NCBI GenBank assembly: GCA_051362555.1
Contig: CM120642.1
Coordinates: 3,224,001 to 3,288,000 of the forward strand
Direction: 5' to 3'
Source: Lingula anatina
Taxonomy: Eukaryota > Animalia > Brachiopoda
Length of the DNA stretch: 64,000 nt
Shown here: positions 13,195 to 27,100 of the stretch, piece after piece
How the letters are laid out: each line of letters opens with the position of its first letter
How positions within the stretch are numbered: position 1 is the first letter of the stretch
Translations under genes and position numbers: made by a program
Notes under the pieces: generated by a model
The model's database searches: none
Seen by the model: only the letters and a program-made list of their open reading frames with translations
What the model was told of the DNA's origin: nothing

Positions 13195-13408
13195 CAGATT
13201 TTATTTACTCCTATTTCTTAGTGATAATGCCATGTATTAATATGATGCCCTCTATGACTTTCAAATCTGGACTTACATATCGTTTTAGTATTGAATTTGA
13301 TTTTAATTCCATTTTTATGTACAGACAGTGTTTCAGACCACTGTTTGTTTGTAAATATATTACCTCTGTTGGCTGGTGTTGGCACCTTGCACTTTTACGT
13401 GTTAAGGC

Positions 13409-13414
13409 AATAAA
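13409..13414 (+). terminator. Candidate polyadenylation signal of EXD3
   Basis: AATAAA about 215 nt after the stop codon, followed by GT/T-rich sequence. Confidence 0.5.
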
Positions 13415-13719
13415 CGAATAACTATGTGTATTTTTATCCTCAAACTTTCCAATATGCATGTTGAACTCGCATCAAGTTGGAAGTTTTGGTCCTAATAAGT
13501 AGACTGATTTTGACCACAACATTTTCAGATCTATATATTTATATAAAGTCCACTGCAATTTTATAGATTCACTGTTTTTGTCATTATTTAAATAATCACC
13601 CCTACTCTTATAAAGGAATATTATACCACAGCTAGTACCTCCTTTTTTCCTTTTCTGTTTCATGTAAATTATTTACTTAAATTATTTATTGAATTTTCCT
13701 GATCATTTTCCGTTAAGGA

Positions 13720-13723
<4 letters not shown>

Positions 13724-13760
<37 letters not shown>
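13724..13760. repeat. (CT)n microsatellite
   Basis: Directly visible. Confidence 0.95.
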
Positions 13761-13762
<2 letters not shown>

Positions 13763-13849
13763 CACAAACATGCACACTTATATGTTTCTGTTTGTGAATT
13801 TGTTTTTTTTTTTTTTTTTTTTTTTAAAGAGCATGTTTGATTTTATAAA

Positions 13850-14520
13850 GTGCGTTAATTGTGACCCCCCAAATAGAGCCCCCAGAATCTAGGTCATCTC
13901 GTGACCCAATTTGTCGATTACAGCAGGTAAATAAATAAACGTGTTGTGGGAATGACTAATCGGGGGTTAAGTGTCACCGACCCATTAATCTCTTCCGTGA
14001 GCGGTAGAAAGTTAACAGTTCTTCTCTCCTCGATAGGAAAAAGTCGTTATTTTAAAAGAAATCTGACTCTTTAAAAATAGGTCAGGTCGATTGATATCGC
14101 TACGCTCGACAGCTGGTGGTAAACTCAAAATGGCGCAGAAAGAGGAAACACGGCGTACTGAATCCATGAAGAATTAAACTCATGTTTTGTTGGAATTGAG
14201 GATTTATACAGATAACCGGCGGAATATACAATTGACAGAAGTGAATATGGACGGAAATGCTAAAATGCCCTTTCCAAGTCGCATAGAAGGCTGGTTAAAT
14301 GTTTGGGGTGAGTAACGCTATCAGAAACTGGAATCTAACTGAATACTTGTCCATTGACAAGGGTTAATTTAACCGGCGGATCGCAGTATTACTTAATACC
14401 AGTTACAGTAACCTGTGTTTTAAACAGAATTTTGCAGTAATTAATAAAATATATTTAAAAAACTATCGAATGTCAGTTTCGACAGCAGGAAGTCGCCGGT
14501 TTCCTTCAGACACATTTACT
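13850..14520 (+). promoter_or_regulatory. CpG-enriched promoter/first-exon region of the RasGAP gene
   Basis: Local CpG enrichment against a CpG-poor background, a YY1-type motif AAAATGGCG at 14127-14135, and the first coding exon at 14247. Confidence 0.65.
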
Positions 14521-17500
14521 TAAAAGTTTTGTTTACAACTGCTTAAACTGAAGTTAAGAAAGCTCCGTACTCTAATTTTTGACATCAGGTCCATTCTGTC
14601 AGTGTTCTAAACGTTGTTGTTACTCTGCTTGTGTATTAAATCGCTATCACCATGTCTTGGGAAGTAATATAAAGGTTACAGGGCATTTTTAAGCCCTGGG
14701 TGGAAAATTCCATTCCGTACATACAATCAAGAAGATATATCATTAACTTATTCCCTCTAGGGTTGACTAACTAGTAGGTACAATAATACATCAGCTGTAA
14801 AAGCCCGGAACTGTTTATGGTCGATAACCCTTTGGCATACGAACTGTTATACAGAAACGCAGTACTGTTGAGATATTTTCTTGCTAATAATACAAGTTGA
14901 AATGAACTGACAGTTTTATTTTGTATTTTGTTTATGTTTTATTAATATCATAAATATGTGTCATTCCTTATAATTGTCACAGTAAGTATTTTTAAAGTGG
15001 AATCACAGCTTTATTGAATTATTTGTGACTGTTCAGTTTCAACATTCATCAGCCATAATTATTTATCCAAATAGATTTCTTGCCAGAAAAATTCAAGACT
15101 TCGAGCAGTGAGCAAGTTGTTAATTTGTAGTACTAATTAAATCTCTTTAGGTGTTCACATTCCATTGCATAACTGTTTGTATTGGTGATAGCTAGTAGCA
15201 GAGAACAAATATATTCACACTATAACAGTGTACTAGTAAGATGTAAGGTGTGTTGGCAAACATTGAGGTACAGCAGGTGTGGAGTCTCTGCTGATGGTCT
15301 GGTGCTGTATTGTATGTAACCAGTGAGCACAATAACTGCCCAGCTGTCAGAACAGGTGGACACAGGTCAGCTAAAGCCATCATGGGGCAGTTGGCTCAGA
15401 TCATGTCTAGCAAGGTGTGATGGAGTAATTTGCCTGAGACAATTTTTGAATGGTGTCGAACAAGAAAAAACACTACGACAGCTGATATTTCTGACTTTGC
15501 TTGTGCTTATTTCCCACAAGTGTGTCAAGCTGTAGTCTGTATATTTTACATTTAGATAAATTTGCCTGTAGTCTGACATTTTAAGTCTTACATTCACTAA
15601 TATGACATCTTATTTTAAACTTACTACTTCAGACATCATATCTGACATTGCTATTGACATTCAAAGTTTTGTTCTGTCCAAGCATTTAATTGATCTGTTA
15701 GCAAACTGGCTTTGATGTTAAGCTTCGCATTAAACTCAGACTTCTGATATTGCAGCTGTTTTGTGATAATCGCATCCATCAATATGTATCAATCTACCTG
15801 TCTTTATTCATTTGGAGTCCTAGCACTGGATGGCCTTTTAATTGACTGATTTAAAATGTCTGCCATCTGTCTGAATCAAAAGCGGACTTTTGATGGAGAT
15901 ATAGTGACATTTATTGTATAGATGCTATCAGCTATGCTGTTAGTGTTAAACTTCAGTTACTGTTAACAAGTTTTAGTGTAGGTCACCTGAATTTGAAAAA
16001 AAGATTGCATGTGGATATTTTTTTTTCATTTTTGTTAATAAGTTGGATACTTTCTGCCAGCTGTTTTTGCCAGCAACTTTTATCTTCAGCCAGATTTAAA
16101 GATTTCAGGCAATGGTGACATTTCTATTAATACTGTTAGGCAAAGCAAGAAGTAAAGAGCTTAATTAGCTGAAGAACTTCAGAAATGAAAGACTGCCTTG
16201 AGTATAAGTGGTGATTTATACATAGCAAACAGCATAGAAACATTTTCCCCACTATTTATCAGGGGCCGGTTTCACAAAGCAGTAGTTAGTTAGCGATCGG
16301 TAGTTAGCCTCTCGCTAGTTAGAGTGCCGTTTCACGAAGCAGTCGCTAGTTCTCTCGCTCGTTATTGTCTCGTTGTTGCCTTGGATATTTAACGACTGGT
16401 CAGACCAGTCGCTAACTCTAGAGTTTCATCGTACGCATGCGTAATGAGTGAAATAAAAAGGTTGCTTAGTTACCGTTGTCTGTCGTTTGTCTTTGTATCC
16501 AATATGGCGGCTACTTTTCTTGCTATCCGTACCGCCAGACGGCAACGTAGACTACGACGTTTTCATGAAAGGCAGAATCTATTAGAATATACACACGATG
16601 ATGCAATTTACAAGAGGTTGCGCCTAGCTGTGACAAAAAGAGCGGCAAAAAGGTGGTGGAGATCCTTTACGACGACCTCAAAGCAGACGTTCTTATGCAT
16701 TTTCAGCCACCAAAAATTGGAGAGTTAGTGCTTTCGTGACACTTTTACGCAAGAGTTCCACTTCCGGCAGACGGTTTCGAGACTACGGTGAGTAACGAGA
16801 GAACTAACGACCGAACTTTACGACTGAACTTAGCGATGAGTTAACTACTGCTTCGTGAAACACCCCTCGAAAATCGCTAAGTTTGCTCGTTAGCGAGGTA
16901 GTTCAGTAGTTAGTAGTTCTAACTAACTACTGCTTTGTGAAACCGGCCCCAGAGTTGTAAGACTTGAGGGTTCAGTTTTTTGTTTAAAATCCATTCCTCA
17001 AAAGCACAAATAAATCAGCTTGGATGCTGGAATATTTGGAATGGCCCAGTGTGGATTTTAAGTGACTAATTTGTGGAAGACTGAAAACAACAGGGGTGGA
17101 TTGAGATATATTCAAGTTTATATTAATGGGTATCTGATTTTTTTCTGTCCTAAGACAGCAAAAAATGGAGGGTGAATCAACAAAGATAGTTTGTCAGAAA
17201 ATATCTCTGGATCTGCCCCTGAAGATCGACAAAAGTAAAGAATGGACCAATCGAAAAGAAAGTGCAAGCATACAAATGGCACAAGATGGACAGACATGGT
17301 GATCCATGACAGTTAACCTGAGAGTGGATGGCACCCAATGATGATATATGATATATAATGTATCACTTTAAAGGGTCACGTTACACCGCGTGGTCAGTCA
17401 AGTAGTTAATTGGGATCGTGGCACGTAGATTGATGTATACATCCCTTCCTTGGCAGACAAAGACACCCTTTTTGCAAGGACCCTGTCATGTTATTGAAAA

Positions 17501-20500
17501 GGTAGCCTATAGAGTGACATTTTATCCTCAGACGCACACAAGCACACACCCAGTCAATAAGTTATGAAGGTTGTGTCTGGACACAAAGGGTTATGGGTAG
17601 TTGAAGAGAAAAAACAGACAATTTTATAACATAAGAATTTGATTTTAAGAGGTTTGGAAAAGGGAAATCCTGTTTTTAGAAATGAGTGTTCCTTTTTCTC
17701 AGTGTTTTTTTTTAATGCGATTAAAATCACTTTGTACCTTCAATAGTTTATATCAGCAGGAAAATATATCTTCTTAGTTTATGTGATGGTGCAAAAAAAT
17801 GTTTCCATTCCTATTGAGAACTGTTTACTGAACTGTATGTCTTAAATTTCATACTATTTTCATATCACATACACATAGCTGCATGCTGCATAAATGATTT
17901 ATATTTTAAAGGCATAGATAGGACAGGTTCACATTATCAAAAATAGAAAAACATGTCAGTGAATCAGAAAGAGCATTTGAGGTTGATAGTTTTAATGTCA
18001 TGAAATGTAGTACAGCTACTTGTTCGGCCGTCATGTTTTTTACCATTACATTCCTGAGTGCTTACTTCGATAAGGAAAAAAATAACTCAAAAATTATATT
18101 TTATGACAGCCCAAGAGTAACAAATGCAGTCTTAGAACAAATACAAGCTTGTTATGGTGAAGACATCCACATTTTTACAACACAATCAATCTCCATGCAT
18201 GTGGTGTAATGGAACCTGCATCAGTGAGTCTGAACAAGCTGGTCAGTAATAATAACACTTGTCAACTATGCCAGGGCTCATCATGCCCCATCTTTGCCTG
18301 TGCTAAGTGTCATAATCTGTGGACACTTCCCTGGTCATTGAGGAGATAATCACCTGCTATATGGGGGTGTGGTAATACCAACATGCCACACAGGCTTAAT
18401 ACCAGGTGGTCTTATGATGAAGGTCTGTTCGCATTGGTGTATGCATATTTATGGGGGTCTTTTCAATATAAACTGTTTTAGATTTAAAAAAAAAAAGAAA
18501 ATTTCCATAAATTCATAATTTTCTCTTAAATGCCTAAGTGTATCTTGTAGAATCAGTTGAGAAAGTAAAGATGGAATATTAGGTTTTAAAAACGAACTCC
18601 CCAGAATGTTTTTTTTTTTTTTTTGCAATACCTCAGTGTTTCTTTACTACAAGTGATCATTTGTTGTATGAGTGCAATTATTTGAATCTGCCCATAGAGT
18701 TAGAAGGTAAGAACAACTGCTTGTGCAAGGTCTTTGTTCAAGCAGGAAAGGTTCGAAATGAAAGTTAGATTTTGTAAAATTTTCATTAACTGTACACCTC
18801 AAATGCTTATTTCCTTTAAAATGATGTCCTTAAAACTAAGTATATTTTCAATTTGCCTTATTTCTCCACGTATGAAAAAGACCCCTTTGACTAAGAACCA
18901 TTTTAGAGCTATTGCTTTCTCCTTGCAAAAGGCTCAGATCAATAGTGTTCTTTTCAATTATCAAGTTGGATCTATAGCTCATCACCCAGGCTTGCAATTA
19001 ATTGAGTGGTTTCCAATCAACTACAGCTTTTTGCGTGGACAGCTGGCTGTGAACCTAGCAGGTTGATTGCAATCAGCATAGGCTGTAATGGCTGTATAGT
19101 GGGAACACATTGGAATGGCTTGTACAGGCCCATGGACAACGATGGGGAGGGTTTATCTAATCTTAATGATATGCCATTTCTCACGTTGGATAACTAGAGG
19201 GTAAAAAAGTCCTTTTTCTTCTTTTGCTGGTCACATGCCTGGGTTTTTACTGGCTGTACATGGATTGACTAGTTTGAATGGATTCAAACCATAATAACAG
19301 TTTGAACCCAGGAGTCTGTTTCACAAAATAACTCAATCTCAAAAGTCTAGTCGTAACTTTTTAGTCTACTTTCACCCATTGTGAATTATTGATAATTAAA
19401 ATAAACACTGCTCCTGCCCTGTAACAAGAAAGACATTGCTAGGACAAGTAGTTATTTTATTTAAAATGTGGATAGCTATGGACATACTAGTACCTTGGGT
19501 CTTTAAGTTAAGACCAATTTTCAGCTCAAGCCATTTTGTGAAACCTGCCCTACTGGTGACATGTCAGGTAGACCAGGTGAGACTGGGCAGGTAGATCTCA
19601 CCTGTCCCTTTGTTTGGCACCTCTATTCACCTGACCATCTGTTGTCTGTGTCTAAAACCTTTACATTTTTTTTAATGAAAGTTTATTGAAAATTGAAATT
19701 CATATATAACTAGCATTCCTTGTAAAGATACCATTAATATACTTAGTTATCACTGTGACAATAAGCCTCTGTTTTAGAAGTTGATTATGAAGATAATGTC
19801 AGTGACACATTTGGTTTTGTATTGGTATTTTCCTGTTGAGCTTTTTAACCACCAACAATTTTGCCAATGGCTGGGGGGAAAAAAGAAAATCAATGTTGTC
19901 TTAGGAAAAAAAAACAATTTGTCGTTCCTCTGGCTAAGACATTTTTATTGGGGGTTGATGGCATTATACTGATGTAGAATGTGAATCAAAAAAGAGAAAG
20001 AGAGTGAGAAAAAAATTGTTATTTCAGACACCTGTGCAATATATCTGAAATCTTAAACTTGTTAATCCTACTTCTGTTCAGGTATAGTAAAGGAAATCCA
20101 CATTGGACTTCCTGCTATGTAGCTTATCTAGAACAGCTTGCTACAGCTACTGTGTTACCATTTCTAGAAAAATGACTGGATGTTTTGTGTGTTTGAAAAT
20201 GATTAGGTTGTGCGCTCGACTTGTAGCTTGAACATACGGTTGTTCCGTTCAGCTCAGAAGGTCAAGAATCCGCTGTTTTCAGGATATTGTCCATTTAATG
20301 GCAGAAAAATTCAGTCAAGTTTCATTTCCGTTTGGTTGCTTTTAGGTTTGTTAATCTGTGTCAATAGTACATTTGTATGCAGGAAACGACAAGCCAATAG
20401 GTTTTAAGTGCAAAATTCAGGGATAGGAAATTACAAAGGTTGACAATATCACCAGCTATACACGGGCTGGGCTAATCATCTCTGAATAAATTGTTGGAGA

Positions 20501-23500
20501 AAATACAAGTGTTAATCAGAGCATGTTATTCACAATGAGAGGTTGAAGGGTGCAGGAGCAGATAGAGTTGTTTGTAAGCAGTGAAGAATGATTTTCATAC
20601 AACTGACCAAATTAAAACCGGTCTCGGCTGCTTGATATGTCACTGGTTGTATTGAAGCCTACACTGTATTGACCCATCTGTGGTCCAGACTAGTTTTGGG
20701 TCCAGTTTCACTAAAAAAACTAAATTCTACTTCATTTTGGGATTAATCCATAGAAGTAGGCTAAACTTAAGTATTCAGCACTTGCCTGGAACAATAGCCA
20801 TGTCTTTCTTGTTCTGAATCAGGTGTAATATTTCATTTAATTGAACTAATACTGATTTATCATGATTCACAGTGAACCAAAATTTTTCGTCTAAAAGATA
20901 ACATCAATTTTAGGGTTTAAGTTATTTTTTGAGTGACTGGCTTCTGGTCAAAATAAGTGAGGTGCGGTATTCTGGAAAATTTTCCATAACAATATTTCGA
21001 ATTTGTTGAGGATTCGTTCAAAATTTAGTATTCGTTAGCTTCAAGATTATCTACCCAAATTGTCAACATAACCCAAGACTTTAACTGTGCAAAACTGAGC
21101 CACATGTTAACGCTGTTTAGACATGAATGTAAATTGTTCTCGGAACAGGTAAGGTGCCTCATGGTGGTATATTGACCCCAACAATTGTTGGCTTTTTTTT
21201 ATCCTACTGTGACATTTTGTTGGGTGGTATTGTTTCTTATTGTGCTGAGTTGCCCTGAAAGGCAGGCATTTTCTTATAACAAGACTAGTGGGATCACAAA
21301 ACAAGAATAAGTCTTTCATCGGAAAGTATCATGTTTGACAAATGATATTCTGTCACCTTAGAAAGACTAAACATATCTGCTATATATGGAGCATCATTGT
21401 ATGGAAAACCAATGGGGATTAAATTAATGATTAGGAATATTGTAATGTGTGGAAGACTTCATGAGAAGAGTTGGTATAATTATGAAGAAAAAAAACTGAG
21501 ATAAAAATATTTCTTTGTCAGTGCCTACCCAAGTGAATACGTACATTTCTTTCTTCTCTTAGTCTCAGTGTTGGGCAACTCTGATTTTGTTTTTACTTGT
21601 AGAACAAGTATTGATATGGCCAACAGTTTCATTGATTTTGGACTCTAGATCAATAATGCAGGCACTCAGCAGATGCTAGGCGGCTTGTCAGGGGGCACGA
21701 TCAATCTTTTGGCAGACAACAGTGGAGGATTTCACCTCAAGAGTTGTTGTAATTTCTGTTTTTATTGTTTCATTACCACTGGGAGGCAGTCAATTAATTT
21801 TATGTTAACTTAAAGGGATCTCTACCCTCTGCATGCTGAGTGCCGCACACTGAGCAAACGTATACAAATCCATACTGATCAAGGCTAGAAATCCATTTGT
21901 TAAACTCTCCTTTTGTTCCCCACAACTGCTGTTGAGAGTATATATATATCCTTATTACAGATTTGGTTTATGTAATAGAATAATAATTGGGGGTTAAAGA
22001 GCCAGACTGTTGATGTAAGAGATGTATAATAAGAGTCTGCGTACTACAATAAACATGCATATAATGAAACTATTGAGTGGATTACTTCCTGACTTTGGAG
22101 AGACGTTATGCATGAAAACAAATAGTGTAAGAAAAGATACCTGTTTGACAATGCGGATAACTCTGACAGAGATTTTTATAGCTGCCTCCAGCTTGTCTGA
22201 ACAAAGACAGAGCTCTTTGTGAAATGGGAATAAAGAGTGGGCGCTTGATCTCTGTGAAATCCTTGTTTTGAAAGTCTTCACTGAGACCTTTGTTATTTAC
22301 ATGGTAAAATTCTCACGGAATTGTGCAAAACACATTTAATGTTAAGAACATGAGATGCCTTGTTTGCTTCCAAAGGAAGCAGATGGTTGCCATCCCAGTT
22401 TTGTGAATAGCTTACGTACAGGACTCCTGTTCAAACATATTTATTGAGAAATTTTGGGAGCAAATAACAAATGCCCAAGTTTGCAAATGGTTAAAAGTCA
22501 ATGTTTTGGATAAAGATTGTTTGCAGCCCTTACAGCAATTGTGGCTGCGTTAAAGCAACAAATTGTGATTGGATAATTTCTTTCATTGGCTGAACAAAAC
22601 AACAACAGGCATAAGATGGATTATCCTTTGCATAAAGTATGTATTTAGGATTATATATAATGGGAATATGCGATTACAGAGGCGAGGTTTAGTGATGCAA
22701 AAGTTGTGTAGGATTTTAGTCTTTCTTAACCTTCTTCACAGTGTGTGTGGTCCATGATTTAGATTCACTGCACTCAGCTTCAAAAAGATTTACTGAAAAC
22801 TTGAAATTGATTTTTTATAAAATTGTCCGGACCATCGCAATGATGTTTCAACATTAGCTGAAAGAAGTTTTACTAAAATTTTGAGCACATTCAAGTCTTT
22901 TTCCATTTGCTTTTGAAAAGATTATTGTCACAGTATATAGGTTTTTTTACTGAAATGCTGGCTTTAATTGGCCAATCTGCCAAAGATGTATTGATGCTTG
23001 AATTCAGTGTATTGCCATCTCAATCAATCTCACAAAACAAATAAATTCAATTATATTTCATAATGAATGTGTCTTGGGGACAGATAAGCTCTTGCGTCTT
23101 TCAACAACATTGACAGAAGAGCTGTATTCATTGTCACCATGGTAGCCTGGGATCAACGGAGAAGAAAAAAGCTACATTAAAGGTGTAGTTTAAAATCCAG
23201 TTGTAATGTGACATTAGCTACACTTTGTACAATTGCCATTTCTGTAGACCATGGAGTTAAAGGGTTCTCTAAAGAATGTGAACCAAAATTCTACAAAACT
23301 TAAAAATTGAAAAGAATTTCAGCCAAATAACTATTTTAAATCAGGCTCCTGCAGTTAAGATGGAGAAACCAAGTTGAATTGTCACAACTGACCAAATAAT
23401 GCGTCTTGTCAGGTACAAGACCAGTTTTATGTTAAAAGGAATAAACTTCCTGTGCTCTGTGACAGGCCGTCAGTCTCCAGTCTTGGCACAGGTCAGTTCA

Positions 23501-23621
23501 TGAATGGGGTGTGTCAATGTGTGGTCATATATGTCAGTATGTAGTTTTCCTTGCCATGTACTCTGATGGTGATTGGTGATATGGTTCTCTCTCCCTCTTT
23601 CTTTCACTACCCACGTGCATG

Positions 23622-23659
<38 letters not shown>

Positions 23660-24106
23660 ATTTACTCCCATCTACTCTACCCTTCTAGAACGGACACTCG
23701 CACTCAATGTACATGTATGCACATGCACACACATATACACATCCAATATCCAGTTCAACAGCTTTTTCGTAAGGTTGAAGGTGTCAAAATTGATTAAAGT
23801 TTTCTATTACAGTTCTGTTGAAGGTTATATAATATATATCATGCAATATTAAAATTGTATCATGGTTCATTCAGTAAATTTAGCTAGGAATCGATGAACT
23901 AAAGTGTAACATTTGAATAATTTAATTGACAAACAGTGGACTCATATAATGTACAAAATACATGAAACATATTGCCAGTTGGTATCTGTAATTGTATTCA
24001 CACAAATAAAAATAAAACCAGTTCCAATGTGCTTTGTTTGATATCAGCACATGGTCGAAGTTTTCAGATCAGAGATATTTTTCAGGACATGAACTTTATT
24101 TCTTTG

Positions 24107-24142
<36 letters not shown>

Positions 24143-27100
24143 CCAAATGAGCCCGTGCCATGTGTATTATGTTTGTGTTTCTGAAAAAGTTTGTATTTAT
24201 AAGTGAGTATATGTACATGTGTGTGTTTGCACTATACTGTAGTATGCCATGTATATTTGTTTGGGTATTTTATGTTGGACAACTGGCTAATGGACCTGAA
24301 GATAAAGGTGAGACAGATGGCTCAAGCTCAGAGATGTAATCAAGTGGAAGCCAGGTGTTTTCCATGGCACTGTTACCTCTACTTCGCTTTTGCATCACAC
24401 CTGCCCACTGTTTATCATTCAAATATATTTTCATATGAAACAATAATGGGCATCAATGAAATTATAACCAAGTAATTTTCATGTGCCAAAAAATATTATG
24501 ACAATAAAAACAAAAATAAAACAGCAAGCAAAAGTTAACAAAAATACTATTGTGGAATCCCTAGCACCTGTAAGTGTCATTGAAAAGAAAAATAGTTCAG
24601 ATGAAATATTGGATGGTAAGATCAAACTAATATAAATAGCTATAGACAAAAGAATCTTCACAAGTCTAAAAATAGTTCAGTTTTCATGATGTCTATCACT
24701 TTCATGTGAATTCAGGCTGGTTCAGAACTGTTCTGATTTTAATCAGAAAGAGTCCAGCTAACATTGATCAGCAGAAGCCCTGATTGCTTGAATGAGACTT
24801 CAAAATTCATAGAGTGCAATTTGGAACTGTCCTTTGTATTCCTCTTGTGTGCTGACACCACTTAGAATATTTCATTGTTTGCTTGGTTTGATGTTGCATG
24901 CACTTATGAAAAAAAAACCCCTGAAGATCAGATTGCCTCAAGGATGATTTCCTTTGTGTATATACCTGTGACTGGACAGGTCACGATATACCCTAGACCC
25001 GTGGTAGCACGCCAGGTGTGCGCAGGTTGGATCAGTTTCTGTAACTTAAGATCATAAATCAGCATGCTGCCTGCCCGACATATTGTTGCTGTAGGCAAGG
25101 AGATAAAGGAGATAAAAATTTACAGTCATTTTGAAGGTTTTAAGATTGAGATGTTTTTGATATTGTCTAATCTGGTTCCTGAGATATGGGACCATTATTT
25201 AATGATTAAATTATCTTCAACAGGATGCAGACCTGAAGGAAAATTTATCAGCGAGTCTTGCTTCCAGTGTCTTGAACAGCGCATATGGGAGGGGGGAATC
25301 CATAGTCCAGTGCATGCCATATTTGATTCACAGACTAGTTAGTCCATAGATCAATGGGTCCTGAATGCACCCAAACCACAGGTGTCACAGGAAACAGCAT
25401 TTTGTCCTAAACTTATTTTTTAACCAGAACTGAATGTTAGATTAAAATGTACCATATTCTGTAATGAAATAATTATTTTGAGGCATTTAATTTTTTTTTT
25501 GGGGGGGGGGGAGAGGCTTAAGAGATTGATTTATGTATGATAATGATATGATGGTGCGATATCAATATTGTATAAGCCCTGCAGGGCAGTAACAGATAGT
25601 CCTACTTAATAGACATTTAGATGTATTAACACCTGGAGGGGTGTCACCCCACTCAGAGGACCTGTCACCACTGTAAGCTATATGATATATGGCACAACAT
25701 GATGTGGGTACTGACACAACCCACTGAACTATAACACAATCAATTTGTGGGTAGAACATAGAACTATGTATTAAAGGAAGATTATGTTTTACTGATGGTG
25801 CTTAGGCACAGTTGCTTCTTTTCATTTCAGCATCAGTTTCTCTCAAGACTGATAAATAGGAAAAAAGATACAGAAAATAAATGAAATTTTACTTACAGGG
25901 TTAATTTAGGTGCAAAAGGAACACCATATGTACATTTAAAAATGATGAAAGGGACATATTGTTCCTAAATATCAGATTTTGGTTAAACTGATCTGAACTC
26001 CACTTAACAGGTGTAGTTTGAGGCACATTCCTGATGTGAATCTACCCAAGTGCAAGGTGCAGTTAATTATACTTTTTGTTATGACCAAAAAAAAAAAAAA
26101 AAAAAATCTCTTGCCTGAAGCTGTCAGTATTGTAACATCAAAGTGCAGAATTAATGTTGCCAGTACAATGGTCATGGCATGCCAAACTTGATTAGCTCCG
26201 AATATGAAATAATAATGTTATTAATGATACCACCTTGATGGAGGAGGTATTTATGACCACCCCTTTGTAACCTTGGTGGGACTGTTTCTTGAGGTGTCGA
26301 CTAAATGTTAGATTTTGGAGAAATGATTATATGCTGATCTTCTATGTAGGTTTCTCAATATAATACAAAGTCAGTTAAAGCTCTGATTGGTAACTAGCAA
26401 ACTATCTTGCAAACTTGCATTGAATTATTTGGCTATGAAAAGAAACGAAAGCTTGTGAAACCAAGTTATGAAGAGCCATTGTGAAAATGAGTCATGACTC
26501 TTTCGTTCTGTTTTTTTTTTTTTTTTTTTTTTTTTGTTTCCCTGAGGAAGGCACAGGTGAAATGCATTCTGTTATATCCCAGTGATAACAGTATTTTTTC
26601 ATTACCTATGTGGATGTCAGTGCCAAAGTACAGCCATCTCACATTTCAGACCTGAGCATCCTGGAACTTTTTCAATAAGTAATGGAATGTAACAACGTTC
26701 TGCATGAGTTGATAATCTTGTTTCATGTTTTTTTTTGTGTGTGTTCATGTTTAAAGGGCAGAGTACAGCCATCTTGGAGGTGTTAGAATGAGTTTGATCG
26801 CATTAGCTAGTGTCCACCAACTCCATGGGGACTCTTGCTAAATGCAGTCTGATTAACAGACTAACACCTCCTCCTGGTGTTGAGTAAATACAATACTAGT
26901 AATTTTATAACAAGTTGGGGCTTGTATTATTATTAGGCAGCCTTGTTTGTACACAAATGTGTGTTACCTGGAGTTCCTTGAGAATTTTGTATTGTAACTG
27001 ATGGTATTCACTCCTAGAGCATGAAATAAGCAATTAACCTAGGTAATAAAAAGTCATCAGTGACAGCCTCGAAGTGTCTCGTAACAGTTGTGAGTTGTGA

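Noticed and set aside
25560-25820. Possible SINE on the minus strand (palindrome GCCCTGCAGGGC near the end)
   Set aside because: No clear A/B boxes, TSD or second copy in the window.
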